The position numbers and the translations under genes were made by a program. Positions 1-9,534 of a stretch of DNA of 64,000 nt are shown here, one piece after another. Source of the stretch: Acidisphaera sp. (GTDB lineage: Bacteria; Pseudomonadota; Alphaproteobacteria; Acetobacterales; Acetobacteraceae). The notes beneath the pieces are model-generated. The model was not told the DNA's origin. It did no database searches and saw only the letters and a program-made list of their open reading frames with translations. Positions within the stretch are counted from its first letter, which is position 1, and each line of letters opens with the position of its first letter. The stretch is taken from contig JAFAYA010000103.1 of NCBI GenBank assembly GCA_019240635.1, forward strand, positions 10,021-74,020, read 5' to 3'.

Positions 1-428
1 ACCTGATGGGCCCGCTGTTCTGCGCCCGCGCCTTCGTCCGGCTGCGCAAGGCGGCCGGCGGCAAGGGCCGGCTCGTGATCACCGGCTCGGTCGCCGGCCA
101 CCTGCCGACGCCCTCGAGCGCGCCGTACGGCATGGCCAAGGCGGGGGTGAATTCGCTGGTGCGCAGCCTGTCGGTCGAGGTGGCGCCAGACCGCATCAAC
201 GTCAATGCGATCGCCCCCGGGCTGATCCGCACGCCGATGACGCAGCAGCGGCTGGACGACCCGAAGGAGCGGGAGAAATCTTTCGCCGCCATCCCTTGGC
301 ACCGCGCCGGCGAGCCGGAGGAGATCGCCGGCCTGGCACTGTTCCTGGCCTCCGACGCCGCCGACTACGTGACCGGCCAGACCTTCGTGATGGACGGCGG
401 CCTGACCATGCACTGGGGCGGCGGCTAA
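1..428 (+). CDS. Short-chain dehydrogenase/reductase (SDR), C-terminal part; 5' end outside window
   Basis: ORF 6..428 carries the SDR catalytic Y-x-x-x-K (PYGMAKAG), NAIAPG, and the C-terminal YVTGQ..MDGG. The frame is open to the window edge. Confidence 0.85.
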   Translation, partial: LMGPLFCARAFVRLRKAAGGKGRLVITGSVAGHLPTPSSAPYGMAKAGVNSLVRSLSVEVAPDRINVNAIAPGLIRTPMTQQRLDDPKEREKSFAAIPWHRAGEPEEIAGLALFLASDAADYVTGQTFVMDGGLTMHWGGG

Positions 429-442
429 CGGTCCGATCGCTG

Positions 443-459
443 CAGTCGGTTCCCGACTG
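443..459 (+). terminator. Candidate stem-loop after the SDR gene (cagtcgg-ttc-ccgactg)
   Basis: Perfect 7-bp inverted repeat 15 nt after the stop codon. No T-tract follows, so support is weak. Confidence 0.2.
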
Positions 460-483
460 AAGCGTGAATCGGCCCATAAGCGG

Positions 484-3400
484 GTGACTGAAAACAAAGG
501 CCGCGCGGGCTTGAGGGCGCGGCATCCGCCGAGCACACTGCCGGTGCCATCAGCGGATGCCGGAGCCATGCCGGAGCGGGGCGAGCAGCACGCCCATCCC
601 TTCGCGGAGTTCGCCCGATCCGTACGCACCCAGCCGGTGCTGCGCGCCGCCATCACCGCGGCCTATCGTCGTGCCGAGCCGGAGTGCGTGCCCGGGCTGC
701 TCGCGGAGGCCGAATTACCGCCCGAGCAGGCCGCGGCGGCGGAGGCGCTGGCGCGCCGCCTCGTCGGCGCGCTGCGCGCCAAGCGGACGGGCGGCGGCGT
801 CGAGGGGCTGATCCACGAATTCGCCCTGTCGAGCCAGGAGGGAGTGGCGCTGATGTGCCTGGCCGAGGCGCTGCTGCGCATTCCCGACGCGCCGACGCGC
901 GACAGCCTGATCCGCGACAAGATCAGCGGCGGCGACTGGCAGTCGCATCTCGGCCGCGGCCGCTCGCTGTTCGTCAACGCGGCGACCTGGGGACTGATGA
1001 TCACCGGCCGGCTGGTCGCGACCAGCAGCGAGACCGGATTGTCGGCCGCGCTGACCCGGCTGATCGGCCGCGGCGGCGAGCCGGTCATTCGCGGCGGCGT
1101 CGACCTGGCCATGCGGCTGATGGGCGAGCACTTCGTGCGCGGCCAGACCATCGAGGAGGCGCTCGCCGCCAGCCGACGCTGGGAGGCGCGCGGCTTTCGC
1201 TACTCGTACGACATGCTCGGCGAGGCGGCACTGACGGCGGCGGACGCCGCACGCTACGAGGAGGCGTACCGCCACGCCATCACCGCGATCGGCGCGGCCG
1301 CCGCCGGCCGCGGCCTGTTCGACGGCCCGGGCATCTCCGTCAAGCTCTCGGCGCTGCATCCCCGCTACACGCGCGCCCAGCGCGGGCGGGTGATGGGCGA
1401 GCTGGCGGAGCGGCTGCGCTCGATCGCCTTGCTGGCGCGACGCCACGATGTCGGCCTGAACATCGACGCCGAGGAGGCGGACCGGCTGGAACTCTCGCTC
1501 GACCTGCTGGAGGCGCTGTGCGCCGATCCCGCGCTCGCCGGCTGGAACGGCATCGGCTTCGTGGTGCAGGCCTACCAGAAGCGCGCGCGGCCGCTGATCG
1601 ACTACCTGATCGACCTGGCGGAACGGACCGACCGGCGGCTGATGGTGCGGCTCGTCAAGGGCGCCTACTGGGACACCGAGATCAAGCGGGCCCAGGCGGA
1701 CGGGCTGAAGGATTTTCCGGTATTCACGCGCAAGGTGCACACCGACGTCTCGTATCTGGCCTGCGCGCGCCGGATGCTCGCCGCGCCGGAGGCGATCTTT
1801 CCGCAATTCGCGACGCACAACGCGCAGACGGTGGCGGCGCTCCATGCGATGGCCGGGCCGGGGTTCGAGGTCGGCCGCTACGAATTCCAATGCCTGCACG
1901 GCATGGGCGAGCCGCTCTATGAGGAGGTGGTGGGCCCGGCCGGGCTGAACCGGCCGTGCCGCATCTACGCCCCGGTCGGCACCCACGCCACACTGCTCGC
2001 CTACCTCGTGCGTCGGCTGCTGGAGAACGGCGCCAACACCTCCTTCGTGCACCGCGTCACCGACGCCTCGGTGCCGATCGCCGAGCTCGTGGCGGACCCC
2101 GTGGCGGTGGCGCGCACGGTCGATCCGCCGGGCAGCCCGCATCCGCGCATCCGGCTGCCGCGCGACATCGCGGACGGGCGGACCAACTCCACCGGGCTCG
2201 ACCTGTCGGACGAGCAGTGCCTCGCGGCACTCGCCCCGGCCTTGCGCGCCGGCGGCGAACGCCAGCACGTGGCCGCGCCGATGCTCGCGGCCGGCGCGGG
2301 CGAGGCCGCCGGCGCGGCGCGCGAAGTGCGCAACCCCGCCGACCCGCGCGACCTGGTCGGGCTTGTGACGGATGCCGACGACGCGGCGATCGGCGCGGCG
2401 CTGGACGCGGCCGCGGCGGGGTTTCCCGCCTGGTCCGGCCGGCCGTCGGCGGAGCGCGCGGAGGTGCTGCTGCGCGCGGCGGAGACGATCGGCGGGCGCA
2501 TGCCCTCCCTCCTCGCGTTGCTGGTGCGGGAGGGCGGCAAGGCGCTGCCCAGCGCGGTGGCCGAGGTTCGCGAAGCCGTCGATTTCCTGCGCTACTACGC
2601 CCAGCAGGCGCGCGACACGCTGACGCACGCGGACCAGCCGCTCGGGGTGGTTGTCTGCATCAGCCCCTGGAATTTCCCGCTGGCGATCTTCATCGGCCAG
2701 GTTGCGGCGGCGCTGGCCGCCGGCAACACCGTACTCGCCAAGCCCGCGGAGGAGACGCCGCTGATCGCCGCGCGCGCGGTGCGCCTGCTGCACGAGAGCG
2801 GCGTGCCGGCGGACGCGCTGCAGCTGCTGCCCGGCGACGGCGCGGTCGGCGCGAAGCTGGTCGGCGATGCGCGCGCGAAGGCCGTGATGTTCACCGGCTC
2901 GACGGAAGTCGCGCAGCACATCCGGCGCAGCCTGGCACGGCGGCTCGATACACGTCGCCTCCCGGTGCTGGTCGCCGAGACCGGCGGCCAGAACGCGATG
3001 GTCGTGGATTCCTCGGCGCTGCCCGAGCAGGCCGTGTCGGACATCCTGGCCTCCGCCTTCGACAGCGCCGGCCAGCGCTGCTCGGCGCTGCGCATCCTCT
3101 GCCTGCAGGACGACGTGGCCGACCACGTGCTCGACATGCTGAAGGGTGCCGCGGCCGAGCTGCGCGTCGGCAATCCCGACCGGCTCTCGACCGACATCGG
3201 CCCGGTGATCAACCAGGCCGCGCAGCGCCGGCTGCTCGACCACCTCGCGGCGATGCGCGCACGCGGCTATTCCGTGCACCAGGCCGAACTCCCCGCCGCC
3301 TGCGCGCGCGGCAGCTTCGTCGCGCCGACCCTGATCGAGATCCCCTCGATCGGCGTGCTCCCAGGCGAAGTGTTCGGCCCCGTGCTGCACGTCCTGCGCT

Positions 3401-4257
3401 ACCGCCGCGACGCGCTCGACGCGCTGATCGACGCGATCAACGCGACCGGCTACGGCCTGACGTTTGGCGTGCACACGCGCATCGACGAGACCGTGGCCCA
3501 CCTCGCGGCGCGGATCAGCGCCGGCAATGTCTACGTGAACCGCAACATGATCGGCGCCGCGGTCGGCATGCAGCCATTCGGCGGCCGCTTGCTGTCCGGC
3601 ACCGGCCCGAAAGCCGGCGGGCCGCTCTATCTGCGCCGCCTCTGCATCCCCCGCCCGCCGCCGGAGAACGACGTCCCGCCGGCCGACGCGATTGCGCCGG
3701 TGCTGGCCTGGCGCGACCGGCTGCACGAAAAAGGCTTCGGGCAGGCCGCCGCGCGCTGCGAGGCTTTCTTGCGCCGCTCCCCGCTCAGGCATGCGCTCGA
3801 CCTGCCCGCCCCCGCCGGCGAGCAGAACCGCTATTTTCTGGAGCCGCGCGGCACGGTGCTGTGCGTGGCCGACAGCCCGACCGCGCGCTGGCTGCAGGTC
3901 TCTGCGTGCCTGGCGACCGGCAACCGCGCGCTGGTCGCCGACGGCCATCCGAGCCCGTCCGGCGACCCGCTCGCCGGCCTGCCGCCGGTGCTGCGGGACC
4001 GCGTGACGACGGCGGCGGACTGGTCGGCCGCCGCGTTCGACTGCGTCCTCTACGCCGGCCCGCCCGCCGCGCTGCAGGCGCTCGACGCCGCGATCGCCGC
4101 CCGCCCCGGCCCGATCGTCCCGGTGCAGGGCCTCGACGCCGCCGCGCTCGAATCCGGTGCCGAGGACTACGCGCTGGAATGGCTGATGCAGGAGCGCTCG
4201 ATCAGCACCAACACCGCCGCGGCGGGGGGCAATGCGAGCCTGATGACGATTGGGTAG
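484..4257 (+). CDS. putA: Bifunctional proline dehydrogenase / delta-1-pyrroline-5-carboxylate dehydrogenase PutA
   Basis: 1257-aa ORF. The N-terminal half is proline dehydrogenase-like (GEAALT, VKLSALHPRY, YWD.EIKRAQ). The C-terminal half is an aldehyde dehydrogenase (ISPWNFPLAI, ETGGQNAM, GQRCSA). The start is uncertain: GTG 484 or ATG 568. Confidence 0.95.
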   Translation: MTENKGRAGLRARHPPSTLPVPSADAGAMPERGEQHAHPFAEFARSVRTQPVLRAAITAAYRRAEPECVPGLLAEAELPPEQAAAAEALARRLVGALRAKRTGGGVEGLIHEFALSSQEGVALMCLAEALLRIPDAPTRDSLIRDKISGGDWQSHLGRGRSLFVNAATWGLMITGRLVATSSETGLSAALTRLIGRGGEPVIRGGVDLAMRLMGEHFVRGQTIEEALAASRRWEARGFRYSYDMLGEAALTAADAARYEEAYRHAITAIGAAAAGRGLFDGPGISVKLSALHPRYTRAQRGRVMGELAERLRSIALLARRHDVGLNIDAEEADRLELSLDLLEALCADPALAGWNGIGFVVQAYQKRARPLIDYLIDLAERTDRRLMVRLVKGAYWDTEIKRAQADGLKDFPVFTRKVHTDVSYLACARRMLAAPEAIFPQFATHNAQTVAALHAMAGPGFEVGRYEFQCLHGMGEPLYEEVVGPAGLNRPCRIYAPVGTHATLLAYLVRRLLENGANTSFVHRVTDASVPIAELVADPVAVARTVDPPGSPHPRIRLPRDIADGRTNSTGLDLSDEQCLAALAPALRAGGERQHVAAPMLAAGAGEAAGAAREVRNPADPRDLVGLVTDADDAAIGAALDAAAAGFPAWSGRPSAERAEVLLRAAETIGGRMPSLLALLVREGGKALPSAVAEVREAVDFLRYYAQQARDTLTHADQPLGVVVCISPWNFPLAIFIGQVAAALAAGNTVLAKPAEETPLIAARAVRLLHESGVPADALQLLPGDGAVGAKLVGDARAKAVMFTGSTEVAQHIRRSLARRLDTRRLPVLVAETGGQNAMVVDSSALPEQAVSDILASAFDSAGQRCSALRILCLQDDVADHVLDMLKGAAAELRVGNPDRLSTDIGPVINQAAQRRLLDHLAAMRARGYSVHQAELPAACARGSFVAPTLIEIPSIGVLPGEVFGPVLHVLRYRRDALDALIDAINATGYGLTFGVHTRIDETVAHLAARISAGNVYVNRNMIGAAVGMQPFGGRLLSGTGPKAGGPLYLRRLCIPRPPPENDVPPADAIAPVLAWRDRLHEKGFGQAAARCEAFLRRSPLRHALDLPAPAGEQNRYFLEPRGTVLCVADSPTARWLQVSACLATGNRALVADGHPSPSGDPLAGLPPVLRDRVTTAADWSAAAFDCVLYAGPPAALQALDAAIAARPGPIVPVQGLDAAALESGAEDYALEWLMQERSISTNTAAAGGNASLMTIG

Positions 4258-4492
4258 TTACGCTTGGGCCGGACCCGCTCAATAACCCGGGTGGGCCCCG
4301 TAGCCTAGGTTGATCGCGAGTCGCGTTGATCGCGAGAGCGGGGCGAGCGCTCGTGGGGCTGGCTGATCTGTGGCTCGGACCGGCGTAGGTCGCGACCTCC
4401 GGCACAACGGCCGCCTTGACGCAGCCCCGCCGACCGTCGCCACACTCCCGGCCAGGGCGCACCCGTCAGACCGCGCCGGAAGGGAGAGGTCC

Positions 4493-7400
4493 ATGCCGCC
4501 CAGCGACGAGCAGCGCAAGCGCGATATCGTCGAGCGGGCCGCCGCCCTGGCGGGCGAGGCCGACTTCGTCAGGACGTTCTACCGCAACGTCGCCGCCGCC
4601 GACGTGCTCGGCCGCGGCGCCGAAGAACTCCGGGCGGCCGCGCTCTCGGTCTGGGAGTTTTCGGGGGAACGTCGCCCCGGCCGCCCGAAACTGCGCATGC
4701 TCTGGCCGCGCGAGCACGAGTTCCTGGCCGGCCGCGCGGCGGTGCAGATCGTCAATGACGACATGCCGTTTCTGGTGGACAGCGTCACCGGCGCGCTGAA
4801 CGGCCTCGGGCTCACCGTGCATCTGGTCATCCACCCCGTGCTGCCGGCGCGCCGCGACGCCGCCGGCGGCCGCCTGGCGTTGGACGATGCGCACGTGGCC
4901 GACTTCAGCGAATCGCTGATGCATCTCGAACTGGCCGGCCGGGTCGACCCCGAGCGGCAGCAAGCCATCCTCGATCGCCTGCGCGAGGTGCTGGCCGCCG
5001 TTCGCACGGTGGTCGTGGACTGGTCGACGATGCGCAGCATCACCGGCCGGCTCGCCGATCGGCTGGCAGGCGCCGCCCTGCCGGTGCCGGCCTCCGAGGC
5101 GGCGGAGGTCGCGGCCTTCCTGACCTGGCTGACCGAGGACAACTTCACCTTCCTCGGCTATCGCGAATACGCCTTTTCCGACCAGGGGCTCAGCATCGTC
5201 GCCGACGCCGGCAAGGGGCTGCTGCGCGACGACGCCTACGCGGTGTTCGACGGCTTGCGCAACTTCGCGATGATGCCGGCCGAGGTGCAGCAGTTCCTGC
5301 GCGCCCCACAGCTGATGATGGTCTCCAAGTCGAACCGCCGCTCCCCGGTGCACCGCGCCCTGCCGATGGACACGATCGGCATCAAAACCTTCGACGCCAA
5401 CGGCGAGGCCGCCGGGCTGAAGCTGATCGTCGGCCTGTTCACCTCGGCGTCGTATTTCCAGCCGCCGCACGCCATTCCCGTGCTGCGCCGCAAGGTGCAG
5501 CACTGCCTGGAGCGCTCGGGCTTCGCGCCGGGCAGCCACGACGGCAAGGCGCTGCAGCACATCCTCGACGCGTTTCCGCGCGACGAGCTGTTCCAGATCG
5601 ACGAGCCCGGCCTGTTCGATACCGCGCGCGGCATCCTGCATCTCCAGCAGCGCCAGCGCATCGCGCTGTTCGCCCGCCGCGATCCGTTCGAGCGGTTCGT
5701 CACCTGCATCGTCTACGTGCCGCGCGACCGCTATCGCCCGGACGTGCGCAGCCGCATGGGCGCCATCCTGGAGCGCGCGTTCAACGGCACGGTCGCGCTC
5801 GATTCCACGCAGTTCGACGAGTTCGGCCTGGCGCGCATTCATTTCACGCTCGAGACCACACCCGGCCAGGTTCCCGACGCGCCGGTCGCGGACATCGAGC
5901 GCCAGCTGGTGGCGGCCGGCCGGGTGTGGAGCGACCGGCTCGGCGAGGCGCTGGGCGACGGCGGGGAGGAACGGCTGCGCCGCTTCGGCGAGGCGTTTCC
6001 TGCCGCCTATATCGAGCGTTCTTCCGGCGGCGAGGCGATCGCCGACATCGCGGCGATCGAGCGGGTGGAGGCGGGCGCGCCAGTGGTGGCCGCGCTGTCG
6101 CGCCCGGAGCATGCGACCGATGCCGCGCTGCGGCTGAAGACTTTCCATTCCGGCGCGCCGCTGGCGCTGTCGGACGTGCTGCCGATCCTGGAAAATCTCG
6201 GCCTGCGCGTGCTCAACGAAATCCCCTACGAGGTGCGGCCGGCCGGCGCCGCGCAGCCGGTCTGGATCCAGGAATTCGAGCTGCTCTGCACGGGCGCCGC
6301 GGCGGTCGATCCGGCGGCCGCCGGGCCGCGCTTCGAGGAGGCGTTCCGCGCGGCATGGGAGGGCAGTGCGGAGAACGACGGCTTCAACCGGCTGGTGCTG
6401 CTGGCCGGCCTCTCGGCGCGCCAGGTCGGCGTTCTGCGCATCTACTGCAAGCTGCTGCGCCAGGCCGGCAGCAGCTTCAGCCAGGCGTATATGGAAGACA
6501 CCGCGGCGGCGCATCCGCGCGTCGCCGGGCTGCTGCTGGAGCTTTTCGAGGCGTCGTTCGATCCGGCGCGGCCGGCCACCGAACGCCAAGCGGCGACGGC
6601 GCGGATCGATCGTGACATTCTCGATGCGCTCGAAGCGGTCGCCAATCTCGACGAGGACCGGATCCTGCGAAGCTTCCTGCTGCTCGCGCGGCAGACCTTG
6701 CGCACCAATTATTATCTGCGCGATGCCGACGGCCGGCCAAAGCCGTACCTTTCCGTAAAGCTGGCGAGCCAGAACGTCGACCTGCTGCCGCTGCCGCGGC
6801 CGCTGGTCGAGGTCTACGTTTCCAGCCCGCGCATGGAGGGCTGCCATTTGCGCGGCGGGCGGGTGGCACGCGGCGGCATCCGCTGGTCCGACCGGAAGGA
6901 GGATTTTCGTACGGAGATCCTCGGCCTGATGAAGGCGCAGATGGTGAAGAACGCCGTTATCGTGCCGGTCGGCTCGAAAGGCGGCTTCGTCGTGAAGCGC
7001 CCGCCCGCCGGTGATCGCGAGACGCTGATGGCCGAGGTGGTGGAATGCTATCGCACCTTGATGCGCGGCCTGCTCGACATCACCGACACGATCGACGGCG
7101 AAACGCTCGTCCCGCCGGCGGACGTGGTGCGCCGCGACGGTGACGATCCCTATCTGGTGGTCGCCGCCGACAAGGGCACCGCGACGTTTTCCGACATCGC
7201 CAATGGTGTGGCGGATGACTACGGCTTCTGGCTCGGCGACGCTTTTGCCAGCGGCGGCTCGGTCGGCTACGACCACAAGGGCATGGGCATCACCGCGCGC
7301 GGCGCCTGGGAGGCGGTGAAGCGCCACTTCCGCGAACTCGGCACGGACATCCAGACCACCGACTTCACCTGCGTGGGCGTGGGCGACATGTCCGGCGACG

Positions 7401-9262
7401 TGTTCGGCAACGGCATGCTGCTGTCGCGGCACACCAAGCTGCTCGCCGCCTTCAACCACCTGCACATCTTCATCGACCCCGAACCCGATCCGGCGGCGAG
7501 CTGGGCGGAGCGCCAGCGGCTGTTCGCGCTGCCGCGGTCGAGCTGGAAGGACTACGACAAGAAGCTCATCTCGCCGGGCGGCGGCGTGTACGAGCGCACG
7601 GCGAAGTCGATCGCGCTGTCCCCGCAAGCCCGGGAGCGCTTTGGCATCGAGGCGGAGAGCATGGCGCCCGCCGAGCTGATTCGGGCACTCCTGCGCCAGC
7701 CCGTGGACCTGCTGTTCTTCGGCGGCATCGGCACCTACGTGAAGGCCACGCACGAGACGCATGCCGACGCCGGCGACCGCGCCAGCGACGCGCTGCGCAT
7801 CGACGCGCCGATGCTGCGCGCGAAAGTGGTGGGCGAGGGCGCCAACCTCGCGATGACCCAGCGCGGGCGCATCGAATACGCGCTGCATGGCGGCCGGCTG
7901 AACACCGACGCCATCGACAATTCCGCGGGCGTCGATACCTCCGACCACGAGGTGAACATCAAGATCGGCGTGAACGCGATGATCGCCTCGGGCCGGCTCG
8001 CGCCGGAGCAGCGCGCCTCGTTCATCGCCTCCATGGTGGACGAGGTGGCGGGGCTGGTGCTGGCGAACAACTACAAGCAGACCCAGGCGCTGACGCTCGC
8101 GGAGAGCGAGCAGACGGCCGGGCTCGACCGCCAGGTGCGGCTGATGCGCGCGCTGGAGCGGGCCGGAAAGCTCGACCGCGCCATCGAGTTCCTGCCGGAC
8201 GAGGAGGTCATCGCCGAACGGGCCAATGCGAAGCGCGGCCTGACCCGCCCGGAGCTGTCCGTGCTTCTCGCCTACGCGAAGATGACGCTGGATTCGGCAC
8301 TGCTGGGGACCGGCCTGCCGGACGCGCCGGAGCTTTCGGTGGAGCTGCTGGCGTATTTCCCCGAACGGATGCGCGTCCTCTCGCCCGAGGATTTGCAAGC
8401 GCATCGGCTCCGGCGCGAGATCATCGCCACGTGCGTCGCGAACGACCTGATCAACCGCATGGGCGCCGGCTTCGTGACGGACATGCAGGCAAAAACCGGG
8501 CGCGAGGCGGAAGCGACGGCGCGCGCCTACCTGATCGTGCGCGGCGTACTGGAACTGCCCTCGCTCTGGCGCGCCGTCGAGGCGCTGGACAATCGCATCC
8601 CGGCCGCGGCGCAGGCCCGTCTGCTGAAGGCGGTGGCGGCCAATGCCGAGCAGGCGATCCGCTGGTTCCTGGAATCCGGCCTGCCGCTCGACATCGCTGC
8701 GCGTGTCGGCCAGTTCCGGCCGGGTATCGAGGCGCTGGCCGCGCAGCTGCCGGCGCTGCTGCCCGACCCCGAGCGCCGCGTGCACGCCGAGCGGGCCGCC
8801 GGCTTCGCGCGCGAGGGTGCGCCGGCGGAGATCGCGGAGCGCATCGCCCGGCTGTACAGCCTGACCTCGGTGATGGACATCGTGCAAATAAACGAGGCGG
8901 CGCGCGGGGAGGCTCCCGGCGACATCGCCGAGGTGGCGCGCCTCTATTTCGGCGCCGGCCTCGCGGTCGGCCTGCTGACCTTGCGCCGACAGGCGCGCGC
9001 GGTGCCGGCGAGCACGCCGTGGCAGGAGCTGGCGGCGGATGCGCTGATCGACGATTCCTACGCCCTGCAGCGCGACATCGTGCGCCGGGTGCTGGCGGCC
9101 GACGCGAACGGCGCCGCCGGCGACCTGCAGGCCTGGCTCGGCCAGCGCGCCGGGGCCGCGGCGCGGGTGCAGGAAACCCTCGCCGAGATCGGCCGCACCG
9201 CGCCTCCCGACCTTGCCATGCTGGCGGTGGCGAGCCGGCAGATCCGGACGCTGACGGCGTGA
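4493..9262 (+). CDS. gdhB: Large NAD-specific glutamate dehydrogenase (about 1590 aa; GdhB/GdhZ class)
   Basis: Very long ORF with the Glu/Leu/Phe/Val dehydrogenase core (GGIRWSDR, VPVGSKGGFV, AADKGTATFSD, GDMSGDVFGNGML). ATG 4493 is preceded by GGGAGAGG. Confidence 0.9.
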   Translation: MPPSDEQRKRDIVERAAALAGEADFVRTFYRNVAAADVLGRGAEELRAAALSVWEFSGERRPGRPKLRMLWPREHEFLAGRAAVQIVNDDMPFLVDSVTGALNGLGLTVHLVIHPVLPARRDAAGGRLALDDAHVADFSESLMHLELAGRVDPERQQAILDRLREVLAAVRTVVVDWSTMRSITGRLADRLAGAALPVPASEAAEVAAFLTWLTEDNFTFLGYREYAFSDQGLSIVADAGKGLLRDDAYAVFDGLRNFAMMPAEVQQFLRAPQLMMVSKSNRRSPVHRALPMDTIGIKTFDANGEAAGLKLIVGLFTSASYFQPPHAIPVLRRKVQHCLERSGFAPGSHDGKALQHILDAFPRDELFQIDEPGLFDTARGILHLQQRQRIALFARRDPFERFVTCIVYVPRDRYRPDVRSRMGAILERAFNGTVALDSTQFDEFGLARIHFTLETTPGQVPDAPVADIERQLVAAGRVWSDRLGEALGDGGEERLRRFGEAFPAAYIERSSGGEAIADIAAIERVEAGAPVVAALSRPEHATDAALRLKTFHSGAPLALSDVLPILENLGLRVLNEIPYEVRPAGAAQPVWIQEFELLCTGAAAVDPAAAGPRFEEAFRAAWEGSAENDGFNRLVLLAGLSARQVGVLRIYCKLLRQAGSSFSQAYMEDTAAAHPRVAGLLLELFEASFDPARPATERQAATARIDRDILDALEAVANLDEDRILRSFLLLARQTLRTNYYLRDADGRPKPYLSVKLASQNVDLLPLPRPLVEVYVSSPRMEGCHLRGGRVARGGIRWSDRKEDFRTEILGLMKAQMVKNAVIVPVGSKGGFVVKRPPAGDRETLMAEVVECYRTLMRGLLDITDTIDGETLVPPADVVRRDGDDPYLVVAADKGTATFSDIANGVADDYGFWLGDAFASGGSVGYDHKGMGITARGAWEAVKRHFRELGTDIQTTDFTCVGVGDMSGDVFGNGMLLSRHTKLLAAFNHLHIFIDPEPDPAASWAERQRLFALPRSSWKDYDKKLISPGGGVYERTAKSIALSPQARERFGIEAESMAPAELIRALLRQPVDLLFFGGIGTYVKATHETHADAGDRASDALRIDAPMLRAKVVGEGANLAMTQRGRIEYALHGGRLNTDAIDNSAGVDTSDHEVNIKIGVNAMIASGRLAPEQRASFIASMVDEVAGLVLANNYKQTQALTLAESEQTAGLDRQVRLMRALERAGKLDRAIEFLPDEEVIAERANAKRGLTRPELSVLLAYAKMTLDSALLGTGLPDAPELSVELLAYFPERMRVLSPEDLQAHRLRREIIATCVANDLINRMGAGFVTDMQAKTGREAEATARAYLIVRGVLELPSLWRAVEALDNRIPAAAQARLLKAVAANAEQAIRWFLESGLPLDIAARVGQFRPGIEALAAQLPALLPDPERRVHAERAAGFAREGAPAEIAERIARLYSLTSVMDIVQINEAARGEAPGDIAEVARLYFGAGLAVGLLTLRRQARAVPASTPWQELAADALIDDSYALQRDIVRRVLAADANGAAGDLQAWLGQRAGAAARVQETLAEIGRTAPPDLAMLAVASRQIRTLTA

Positions 9263-9525
9263 GCGCCGGGGGCGCCGCGCGGCTGGCGGGATGCGCGCTG
9301 CTGTTCGCGGTGCTTGGCGCAATGGGCGGTGGAATCGTCGGGCTGATCGCCGGGGTCGCGAACCTCACGCTGAACCCGGTCTGCAGCGCTGCCGGCGATG
9401 AGGGAGCCTGCGCGATGGGAATTCCGCAGTTCGTCCTGGGTTTTGCCGGCATGGGCGCGCTCGCGGCGGCAGCCGCGACGCTCACACGCGGCGTCGTTCG
9501 CCAGCGCCGTCCGCCGCCGGGCTGA
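9259..9525 (+). CDS. Small Gly/Ala-rich membrane protein (hypothetical), start overlapping the gdh stop (GTGA)
   Basis: In-frame GTG 9259 overlaps the TGA at 9260-9262. The translation has two hydrophobic glycine-zipper-like segments (LLFAVLGAMGGGIVGLIAGV, FVLGFAGMGALAAAAA). No family recognised. Confidence 0.35.
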   Translation: MSAGGAARLAGCALLFAVLGAMGGGIVGLIAGVANLTLNPVCSAAGDEGACAMGIPQFVLGFAGMGALAAAAATLTRGVVRQRRPPPG

Positions 9526-9534
9526 CGCGCGTGC

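Noticed and set aside
715-9322. Very long ORFs antisense to or out of frame with putA and gdh in the six-frame track (for example 715..3948 minus, 4466..9322 minus, 1956..4313 plus)
   Set aside because: Their translations are Arg/Ala/Gly/Pro-rich low-complexity strings with no motifs. They are typical shadow ORFs of a ~70% GC genome. The sense frames carry clear PutA and GDH motifs. The same reasoning applies to similar shadow ORFs across the window, such as 26834..29803 opposite uvrB and 40824..42374 opposite galU.
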